Assembly (NCBI GenBank): GCA_964630915.1
Contig: CAZVYK010000001.1
Coordinates: forward strand, 915,050-979,049
DNA length: 64,000 nt
Source of the DNA: an uncultured Caldisericales bacterium
Lineage (GTDB): Bacteria; Caldisericota; Caldisericia; Caldisericales; Caldisericaceae
Direction: 5' to 3'
The translations under genes and the position numbers were made by a program. Shown here one piece after another: positions 47,056 through 54,719 of the stretch. The notes under the pieces were generated by a model. That model saw only the letters and a program-made list of their open reading frames with translations, was not told the DNA's origin and did no database searches. Within the stretch, counting starts at the first letter, position 1, and every line of letters begins with the position of its first letter.

Positions 47056-47826
47056 CTAATCCTTTAGCATTAACCTCAGCTCAAGTGCATTCCTGAGGGC
47101 TTTGCCCACGTAACAGTTGTTGAAAAAGACACATGCTTCCTCTGCGTTTATCTCCTTTATGTCTTGAAGGAACAAACTCAACTCGTCCTCCGAGTAGTAG
47201 TAGTCGTAGCGTGTCTTCTCGTCGGCTTCGTACCAGTTCCTGTTTCTTCCGTGAAGCCTGAAGTAGAGAAGCTTGTGTGTTTTCTCTCTGAATATGCGGA
47301 TCCAGTCAGAATACTGCGGAAGCCTCGGAAGGGGTGGAAGGTCAACGAGCACAAATCTAAAGTCGCTTGTGCTTCTTGCAAACTGTCTCCAGGAGTCGTG
47401 CCTTATCTCGATATAGAGCCTGTCAAAGTAAGGAAACTTCTCCTTCAGGGCCAGAAGATACGCCACGCTCTCTGGAGTATACTTGAACGAATAGGGAAAC
47501 TGTGCAAGGAAACATAGTAGCTTTCCACGTTCCATGAATAGCCTTGAAACTTCCAAGAATTTTTCAAGCTCGTCCAGCCGCCTCTCGTGAGTGATAGAGC
47601 CATGCACTTTGACTGCAAACTTGAATCCCTCAGGAGACTTTTCGATGAGTCTTCCTATCGACTTGAAGCCAGGGATTGTGTAGAAAGTCGCGTTCAGTTC
47701 CAAGCAGTCCAAGCCAAAGTTTCTGCAGTAGTAGTCAAAGAGATCTCCCTTTCCCAGCTCGGACGGGTAGACCGTTCCGATCCAGTCGTCAAACTGAAAC
47801 CCGCTTGTTCCTATGTGCCACTTCAT
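47056..47826 (-). CDS. DUF72 (YecE-like) family protein
   Basis: MKWHIGTSGFQFDDW matches the DUF72 GTSGW N-terminal signature. Confidence 0.75.
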   Translation of the reverse strand: MKWHIGTSGFQFDDWIGTVYPSELGKGDLFDYYCRNFGLDCLELNATFYTIPGFKSIGRLIEKSPEGFKFAVKVHGSITHERRLDELEKFLEVSRLFMERGKLLCFLAQFPYSFKYTPESVAYLLALKEKFPYFDRLYIEIRHDSWRQFARSTSDFRFVLVDLPPLPRLPQYSDWIRIFREKTHKLLYFRLHGRNRNWYEADEKTRYDYYYSEDELSLFLQDIKEINAEEACVFFNNCYVGKALRNALELRLMLKD

Positions 47827-48070
47827 TTTCCTCTCCAAAGACTTGTGCAAAATCCTTTCCAAACAATCTTACTCCTTTTTCCTGCAAAACATAATAGGCA
47901 GGCAGAAGACGCTATCTTTGAAAATTGCAGCTCACTCTGATATAATTAGAAGGAACCCAGGTGGGAAATCCTGATGATGGATTTTGTTTTTTGCTTTGTC
48001 CACAGAAGCAGAACAGTCTTCTTTACTGATTTTGCTTTTATATTTCATCCTTATTTTGCAAGGAGGAAGA

Positions 48071-49144
48071 ATGGAGAAAATTCTTGTAATTAATCCAGGA
48101 TCCACGTCTACAAAGATTGCCATCTATGATGGAGAGAATCCCGTCTTCGAGACGACGATAAGACACACAACGGAAGAGTTGAAGGTTTTCTCCAACATCG
48201 TGGAGCAGTTTGAGTTTAGAAAGGGCGTTATCCTTAAGGAAATCTTTGAAAAAGGCTTTTCAATCAACGAAATCAACGCAATTGCAGCAAGAGGTGGGCT
48301 TCTACATCCAATCGAATCGGGCACTTACAGGGTGAACGACGACATGGTTCACGACCTGATGGAGGCTCGTTACGGAGAGCATGCTTCTAATCTCGGTGCG
48401 CCCATCGCAAAGAGAATTTCTGACGAGTTCGGCATGCCAGCTTACATTGTCGACCCTGTAGTCATTGACGAGATGATCCCTCTTGCGAGATACTCAGGGC
48501 TTAAGGGAATCGAGAGAAAGTCAATCTGGCACGCACTCAACCAGAAAGCGGTTGCAAGAAGAGCAGCAAAGGATTTAGGAAAGAGCTACGAAGAGGTGAA
48601 CCTTATAGTGGTGCACCTTGGTGGCGGCATTTCAATCGCTGCGCACAGACAGGGAAAGACGATTGACGTGAACAACGCCCTCAACGGGGACGGTCCCTTC
48701 GCTCCAGAGAGAGCCGGCGGGCTTCCGACAATAAGCCTTGTGAACCTGTGCTTGAGCGGTAAGTACACTTATGAGGAAATGAAGAAACTTCTCGCAGGAA
48801 AGGGCGGTCTTGTGTCACATCTTGGAACGAACGACGCAAAAGTTGTTGAGAACATGGTTCTTCAGGGAGACGAGTATGCCAGGCTTGTTTACGAGGCTAT
48901 GGCTTATCAGATTGCAAAGACGATTGGTGAAATGGCAACTGTGCTTGAGGGTAAAGTTGACGCAATTGTACTAACGGGAGGAATAGCAAGGTCTGAACTG
49001 CTCGTGAACTGGATAAAGGATCGTGTTTCTTGGATCGCCGAGGTGAAGGTTTATCCTGGCGAGGATGAAATGAGGGCTCTTGCGGAGGGCGTGTTAAGGG
49101 TGCTCAGAGGAGAAGAACAGGAAAAGCACTATGCAAGAATTTGA
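48071..49144 (+). CDS. buk: Butyrate (short/branched-chain acyl) kinase
   Basis: MEKILVINPGSTSTKIAIYDG ... VVHLGGGISIAAH ... ILTGGIARS. GGAGGAAGA RBS. Confidence 0.85.
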   Translation: MEKILVINPGSTSTKIAIYDGENPVFETTIRHTTEELKVFSNIVEQFEFRKGVILKEIFEKGFSINEINAIAARGGLLHPIESGTYRVNDDMVHDLMEARYGEHASNLGAPIAKRISDEFGMPAYIVDPVVIDEMIPLARYSGLKGIERKSIWHALNQKAVARRAAKDLGKSYEEVNLIVVHLGGGISIAAHRQGKTIDVNNALNGDGPFAPERAGGLPTISLVNLCLSGKYTYEEMKKLLAGKGGLVSHLGTNDAKVVENMVLQGDEYARLVYEAMAYQIAKTIGEMATVLEGKVDAIVLTGGIARSELLVNWIKDRVSWIAEVKVYPGEDEMRALAEGVLRVLRGEEQEKHYARI

Positions 49145-49844
49145 CGTAAGGACACTTCTTGGAAAAGAATTCCAGATTCTTGTTGGGAGGATTGGCTCTG
49201 GCAAAACGGAGATTGCGGTAAACCTTGCCATAAAGCTCAAGGAGCAGGGAATCCAGTCGGTTCTGTTCGACATGGACATTGTGAAACCGTATGTGAGAAT
49301 AAGGGATATACTTGGAGAGCTATCAAAGTACGATATTGAAGTTGTTTCCCCACCCGAATTGACGAAGTCTCTCGACCTGCCCGTTTTCCCGAAGGATCTC
49401 ATAGGAAATTTCCTAGACGGGGGAACTGTAAAGGTTCTTGATGTGGGGGGTGACCCTTACGGTGCAGGAACTGTGGCACAGTTCAGGGAGTATTTCAAGG
49501 ACAATTACAACCTGCTTTTCGTTGTCAATACGCGCAGGCCTTTTACCTCGACTGAAGATGAGATCATAAGGGCAATAGCAGAGATTCAGCTTGCATCAAA
49601 AATGAATGTGACTCACCTTGTTTTCAACACAAACCTCAGGTGGGAGACAAGCGAGAAGGTCATCGAAGAAGGTTTTTCTATTGTTGACTCCGTTTCGAAG
49701 AAAACGGGCATACCGATAGCGTTTGCCGTTGCAGACGCCACAAGGAGCGATTTGCTTGGCATTTACAAGCTGCCAGTCTTAAAGATAAAGCTGTTCGTGA
49801 ATCCACTACCTCGCGTGGATCCATGGGCAATGAGAAGGAGGTAG
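49131..49844 (+). CDS. SIMIBI-class (MinD/CooC/ParA-like) P-loop NTPase with deviant Walker A, function unknown
   Basis: GRIGSGKTEIAVNLA (GxxGSGKT) Walker A, VLFDMDIVKP switch-I-like, KVLDVGGDPYG Walker-B-like. Overlaps the buk stop. Confidence 0.45.
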   Translation: MQEFDVRTLLGKEFQILVGRIGSGKTEIAVNLAIKLKEQGIQSVLFDMDIVKPYVRIRDILGELSKYDIEVVSPPELTKSLDLPVFPKDLIGNFLDGGTVKVLDVGGDPYGAGTVAQFREYFKDNYNLLFVVNTRRPFTSTEDEIIRAIAEIQLASKMNVTHLVFNTNLRWETSEKVIEEGFSIVDSVSKKTGIPIAFAVADATRSDLLGIYKLPVLKIKLFVNPLPRVDPWAMRRR

Positions 49845-49845
49845 G

Positions 49846-50079
49846 ATGGAACCAAAAGTCCTAATCAACGAGGCGCGATGCAAGAGTTGCGGTCTCTGCG
49901 TCAGCGTTTGTCCAAAAAAAGTTTTACGGATCTCTAACCGCATAAACATGAAGGGATATCATCCTGTTGAGCTTTTTGACAATGAAGGGTGCATATCCTG
50001 TGGATTCTGCTACCTCATCTGCCCTGACAAGGCAATTGAGGAAGTAAGAAGACCTGAGAAAGTCGAGCAGGGAGGCTAA
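49846..50079 (+). CDS. 2-oxoacid:ferredoxin oxidoreductase delta subunit (2x[4Fe-4S] ferredoxin)
   Basis: CKSCGLCVSVCP and CISCGFCYLICP. Confidence 0.8.
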   Translation: MEPKVLINEARCKSCGLCVSVCPKKVLRISNRINMKGYHPVELFDNEGCISCGFCYLICPDKAIEEVRRPEKVEQGG

Positions 50080-50080
50080 G

Positions 50081-51133
50081 ATGGGTGAAAAGATTCTTAT
50101 GAAGGGTGCTGAAGCCGTTGCAGAGGCAGCCGTAAGGGCTGGGGCAATGGCGTTTTTTGGCTATCCCATTACTCCTCAGAACGAGACGCCTGAGTATTTT
50201 TCGAAGAGAATGCCAGAACTTGGAAGAGTCTATCTTCAAGCAGAGAGCGAGGTTGCTTCAATCAATATGGTTTACGGGGCTGCTTCAACTGGCACAAGAG
50301 TCATCACGACCTCTTCAAGCCCTGGAATTTCGCTGATGCAGGAAGGATTCAGCTACATTGCAAACTCCGACGTCCCTTGTGTAGTTGTGAACGTAGTAAG
50401 AGGCGGTCCTGGCCTTGGAAACATTGCTCCCGCACAGAGTGACTACTTCCAGGGAGTAAAAGGTGGTGGCCACGGAGATTACAAGAACATTGTTCTTGCG
50501 CCTCACACGGTGCAGGAGCAGTGCGACCTTATGTATGACGCTTTTGAACTTGCGGATAAATACAGAATCCTTGTGCTTGTCCTTGTTGACGGACTGCTCG
50601 GACAGATGATGGAACCAGTTGAGTTTAAAGAGTGGGTTGACGTGACGAAGTTCAAGACCCCTGACTGGGCAATAGTAGGAAAGGGCGACAGGAACAGAAA
50701 CCTTATCACCTCATTTAACCTTCTTCCAGAAGGCCTAGAGAAGATGAACCTGAACCTCAAGAAGAAGTACGAAGAGATCGAGGAAAAAGAAGTAAGAGTC
50801 GAAGAGTACATGATGGACGACGCCGAATATGCGATAACCGCGTTCGGGACTGTTGCAAGGATTGCAAAGACTTCCGTGAAGCTCTTAAGGGCGCAGGGCA
50901 TCAAGGCAGGACTTATAAGGCCCATAACGCTTTTCCCGTTCCCAAAAAAGACTATTGAAGAGAGAATTCCGCAGGTAAAATTCTTCTTCGACACTGAAAT
51001 GAACTTTGGCCAGATGCTCGAGGATATATCTCTCACGGTCAACGGCAGGAAGCCTGTACACTTCTACGGGAGAACAGGCGGAATCGTGCTTACAGCAGAA
51101 GAGATAGCTGAGGCACTTAGGAAGCACATTTAG
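50081..51133 (+). CDS. 2-oxoacid:ferredoxin oxidoreductase alpha subunit (KOR/VOR type)
   Basis: MKGAEAVAEAAVRAGAMAFFGYPITPQNE N-terminus typical of KorA/VorA/PorA. Confidence 0.85.
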   Translation: MGEKILMKGAEAVAEAAVRAGAMAFFGYPITPQNETPEYFSKRMPELGRVYLQAESEVASINMVYGAASTGTRVITTSSSPGISLMQEGFSYIANSDVPCVVVNVVRGGPGLGNIAPAQSDYFQGVKGGGHGDYKNIVLAPHTVQEQCDLMYDAFELADKYRILVLVLVDGLLGQMMEPVEFKEWVDVTKFKTPDWAIVGKGDRNRNLITSFNLLPEGLEKMNLNLKKKYEEIEEKEVRVEEYMMDDAEYAITAFGTVARIAKTSVKLLRAQGIKAGLIRPITLFPFPKKTIEERIPQVKFFFDTEMNFGQMLEDISLTVNGRKPVHFYGRTGGIVLTAEEIAEALRKHI

Positions 51134-51142
51134 GAGGGAGCG

Positions 51143-51889
51143 ATGAAGACTATCTATAAAGCACCTGAAACAATGACAAAGAATGACACTACCTACTGCC
51201 CTGGATGTCTACATGGGGTTGCCCACAGGCTTTTAAGCGAACTCCTGGAAGAGCTTGACCTGGTGAAGAAAACCGTGATCGTTTGGCCGGTGGGATGTTC
51301 TGTGTTCGGATACGCTTTTGTAGATACAGATGCGGCTGTTGCTTCCCACGGAAGAGCACCTGCAATGGCAACGGGTATAAAGAGAGTAAGACCTGACTCA
51401 TTCGTGCTTACATATCAGGGAGACGGAGATGCTGCTTCAATTGGAACTGCCGAAACGGTCCATGCTGCAGCAAGAGGAGAACTTATCACAACCGTGTTTA
51501 TCAACAACGGTAACTACGGAATGACGGGTGGTCAGATGGCGCCAACAACGCTTGTAGGACAGGTCACAACAACAACTCCCTTTGGAAGGAAACCCGAAGC
51601 AAACGGCTTTCCGATTCACCTTGCGGAGATGCTTGCAACCCTTGACGGCCCCGCGTATGTTGCAAGGGCAGCACTTGACAGCCCGCAGCACATAAACCAG
51701 GCAAAGACATTTCTTAGAAAGGCTTTTAAGGCTCAAATAAACAAACTTGGTTATTCAATGGTGGAACTTGTCTCTACGTGTCCAACGAACTGGAAAATGA
51801 GCCCTGTTGAGGCGATACAGAGATTGAGAAACGAAGTTCTTCCTGTGTTCCCGATCGGGGAATTCAGGGTCGTGAAGGGGGTGGAGTAA
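51143..51889 (+). CDS. 2-oxoacid:ferredoxin oxidoreductase beta subunit (TPP-binding)
   Basis: TYCPGC ... GDGDAASIG ... NNGNYGMTGGQ TPP-binding motifs. Confidence 0.85.
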   Translation: MKTIYKAPETMTKNDTTYCPGCLHGVAHRLLSELLEELDLVKKTVIVWPVGCSVFGYAFVDTDAAVASHGRAPAMATGIKRVRPDSFVLTYQGDGDAASIGTAETVHAAARGELITTVFINNGNYGMTGGQMAPTTLVGQVTTTTPFGRKPEANGFPIHLAEMLATLDGPAYVARAALDSPQHINQAKTFLRKAFKAQINKLGYSMVELVSTCPTNWKMSPVEAIQRLRNEVLPVFPIGEFRVVKGVE

Positions 51890-51890
51890 T

Positions 51891-52445
51891 ATGGAAAAGG
51901 GAGTAGTAATTGCAGGTTTTGGCGGGCAGGGTGTAATGCTTGCAGGCGAGCTTCTTGCCGAGGCAGGAAAGGATGAGAATAAGTACGTTACTTTCCTTCC
52001 TTCTTACGGCCCTGAAATGAGAGGCGGAACGGCAAACTGCCACGTAATCGTGTCCGACGATCCTATTGCCTCACCTGTCATATCTGTCCCTGAGGCGGTA
52101 ATCGCGCTTAACCTTCCTTCTCTTGACAAGTATGAGCCAGTCATGAAGAAGGACGGAATAATGATCCTTAACAAGACATTGATACCCAAGGAAGTCTCGA
52201 GGGCTGACATAAGGGTTCTCCAGATTGATGCGCAGAATGTTGCAAAAGACCTTGGCAACGAGAAAGTCGTGAACATGGTGGTGCTTGGAGCATATGTTGA
52301 GGTTGAGAAGCCAGTAAAAGTGGAGTCTCTCATAAAGGCACTCGAGGCGCTTCTCAAAGGAAGGAAGGCAGAGCTCATCGAGATAAACAAGAGAGCAATA
52401 CTTAAAGGTGCAGAAGTAGCAAGGGATTTCCTCGGAGGCAAGTGA
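51891..52445 (+). CDS. 2-oxoacid:ferredoxin oxidoreductase gamma subunit
   Basis: VIAGFGGQGVMLAGELLAEA typical gamma-subunit start. Confidence 0.8.
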   Translation: MEKGVVIAGFGGQGVMLAGELLAEAGKDENKYVTFLPSYGPEMRGGTANCHVIVSDDPIASPVISVPEAVIALNLPSLDKYEPVMKKDGIMILNKTLIPKEVSRADIRVLQIDAQNVAKDLGNEKVVNMVVLGAYVEVEKPVKVESLIKALEALLKGRKAELIEINKRAILKGAEVARDFLGGK

Positions 52446-52795
52446 TGAAGGCAATAAAGCCACACGAAATACCTCCCGAACCAGTTGAATTCAACGGGGC
52501 GAAAATTCCTGGCGTCACGATTAGATGGCTGATAAAGAAGGAAGACGGAGCCAGCAACTTCGCAATGAGGTACTTTGAGATTGAGAAGCAAGCTGCGATT
52601 CCAGAGCACAAGCATCCATGGGAACATGAGATCTTTATTCTCAACGGAAAGCTGAAGGTTTCTGTTGGCGGCGAGGAAAGAATAGTGGAAAAGGGCATGG
52701 CGATTTACATTGAGCCCGACGCGCCTCACGCCTACCTCAATATCGGAGACGAAACCGTAGTGATGCTGTGCCTTATTCCTTACAAAAGCCAGTGA
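52442..52795 (+). CDS. Cupin-domain protein
   Basis: HKHPWEHEIFILNGK cupin motif 1. ATGA overlap with the KOR gamma subunit. Confidence 0.6.
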   Translation: MMKAIKPHEIPPEPVEFNGAKIPGVTIRWLIKKEDGASNFAMRYFEIEKQAAIPEHKHPWEHEIFILNGKLKVSVGGEERIVEKGMAIYIEPDAPHAYLNIGDETVVMLCLIPYKSQ

Positions 52796-53538
52796 AAAGG
52801 GAATTCGAAGGCAAGACATTTCTTATCACGGGGGGCTCCTCTGGAATAGGGGGAGCCCTCTGTCTGCATTTAAAAAGACTTGGTGCAAGAGTACTTGCAG
52901 TTTACAGGACTTCACACCACATGAAAAAGATCCACGCTCAAGACCCTTCAATAGAGTTTCTGAGGGGAGACCTCTCCGACCCTCACGACATTAAAAGGAT
53001 TATCGAAAAAGCATTTGAAAAAACCAAAGTGCTGGACGGATTTGTTCACTGTGCTGGCGAGATTTTTGCGGAGCCGTTTAAATCGTTCAGGAAATACGAG
53101 TTTCAAAGAATGTTTGCCGTAAACGTTGAGTCTGCTTTTGTCATTCTTAAGGAGACGCTCCCTCTCTTTAAGAACGGCGGAAGCGTTGTCTTTGTTTCTT
53201 CAATTGATGCATTCTTCGGGGAGGAACAGCCATCTTCGGGATACGCGGCAACAAAAGGCGCAATCAACTCCCTTACGATTTCACTCAGCTGTGAGCTCGG
53301 AAAGATGAACATAAGAGTGAATGCAGTTGCCCCTGGGCTTGTAAGGACTCCGATGACAGAGGACTTCTTCAAGGAGAATTTCAAAGAATCCCGAGAGACG
53401 TTCATGAAAAGGGTTCCGCTGGGAAGAGCTGGCTCTCCGGAAGATGTCGTTAATCTCATTGAGTTCCTGCTTTCAGAAAGATCGTCATACATCACTGGAG
53501 ACATTATCTTCATAGACGGGGGATACCACACTTCATGA
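52792..53538 (+). CDS. SDR-family oxidoreductase
   Basis: TGGSSGIGGAL, YAATKGA (YxxxK). GTG at 52792 overlaps the cupin stop (GTGA). Confidence 0.8.
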   Translation: MKREFEGKTFLITGGSSGIGGALCLHLKRLGARVLAVYRTSHHMKKIHAQDPSIEFLRGDLSDPHDIKRIIEKAFEKTKVLDGFVHCAGEIFAEPFKSFRKYEFQRMFAVNVESAFVILKETLPLFKNGGSVVFVSSIDAFFGEEQPSSGYAATKGAINSLTISLSCELGKMNIRVNAVAPGLVRTPMTEDFFKENFKESRETFMKRVPLGRAGSPEDVVNLIEFLLSERSSYITGDIIFIDGGYHTS

Positions 53539-54719
53539 AATTCGTGCACGTAAGTGACCTTCACCTTGGCTTCCAGACGTACCCGAGGGAAGAACAGGAC
53601 CTTTTCAAGGGCATCACGCATGTTTTTGACACAGCTTTCAAGGAAGGGATAAAGCTCGTTATCATTGCCGGAGATATCTTTGACAGGCGCGACCCTCTTC
53701 CTCAGATACAGAAAGGTTTTGCAGGTGTAGTCTCGAAGGCAGTAAGAGAAGGCGTTAATGTCTTCATGATTACAGGCAACCACGAAGGCGCCCCGTTTTC
53801 TGAAAGGAATATCCACCTGGATGTCTACAGCGAGCTTGACATACCGGGAGTGACAGTTTCCAAAATCCCTAATATTTACAGGATGTGCGGTCTGAACATT
53901 ATTTCACTGCCTTATCCTTTCAAGAGAAACCTGCTTTCAAGAGAAGAGTACAGGGAGAAATCCGAAACCGAAGTCCTGCAGACACTCAACGACAAGCTCC
54001 TGCTCATAGAAGGCGAACTTCTGAAAGACATCGATGGCAGCCTCCCAACATTACTCGTAGCGCACATTCCCATCCTTGAAGGAAAGATGAACGACTACTC
54101 ATATTCGCGTTTTGACGCGGAGATTCCCATTTCGGTCGAAGCTATTGACAGGGAGCCTTTTTCTTACATAGCGCTTGGGCACTACCACAAAATGCAGTTC
54201 ATAACGAGCAGGAGATTCGGACACCCGTTTGTTTATGCCGGCTCTCTTGATAGAATTACATTTTCTGAGGAAAACGACCCGAAGGGTTTCTATGTAGTGG
54301 ATATTGACGAGAAGAGCAAGAAGGCTTCGTTTGACTTTAGAGAGAATTGTTTTGCAAGGAAGTTCTACACAATCGAAGTAAGAAGTATGGAAGACATACG
54401 CAACGCCGATATGGAGAGAGCAAAAACAAGCATAACGAGGATAGCTGTCTTTGAGGATATCGAGGATGAGAGCAAGCTTGAAGCACTTGCAAGGGATCTT
54501 TCGGAAGTGTCTCTTGCGTTCACGGGAATCCTTGACAGAAGGGAGAGAAAGCGAACTTTCATATCATCTGGGTACGACCTTTCCATTTCACCTGACGAGG
54601 CAATACAGAAGTACCTCGATAACAATGATGAGCCTTTCGTGAAAGAGAACTACGAGGAGATTCTAAAGGAGGCGAAGGACATCCTTTCGGAGATTCGCGA
54701 TGAAGAGAAAGCTGAATAG
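53535..54719 (+). CDS. SbcD/Mre11-like calcineurin-fold nuclease (orphan, no adjacent SbcC/Rad50)
   Basis: DLHLG, GDIFD, GNHE, LVAHIP, GHYH metallophosphoesterase motifs in SbcD order, 394 aa. ATGA overlap with the SDR. Confidence 0.65.
   Translation: MKFVHVSDLHLGFQTYPREEQDLFKGITHVFDTAFKEGIKLVIIAGDIFDRRDPLPQIQKGFAGVVSKAVREGVNVFMITGNHEGAPFSERNIHLDVYSELDIPGVTVSKIPNIYRMCGLNIISLPYPFKRNLLSREEYREKSETEVLQTLNDKLLLIEGELLKDIDGSLPTLLVAHIPILEGKMNDYSYSRFDAEIPISVEAIDREPFSYIALGHYHKMQFITSRRFGHPFVYAGSLDRITFSEENDPKGFYVVDIDEKSKKASFDFRENCFARKFYTIEVRSMEDIRNADMERAKTSITRIAVFEDIEDESKLEALARDLSEVSLAFTGILDRRERKRTFISSGYDLSISPDEAIQKYLDNNDEPFVKENYEEILKEAKDILSEIRDEEKAE

Noticed and set aside
52004-52819. 271-aa minus-strand ORF across korG and the cupin gene
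   Set aside because: It is antisense to two conserved plus-strand genes, with no RBS and no recognisable domain.
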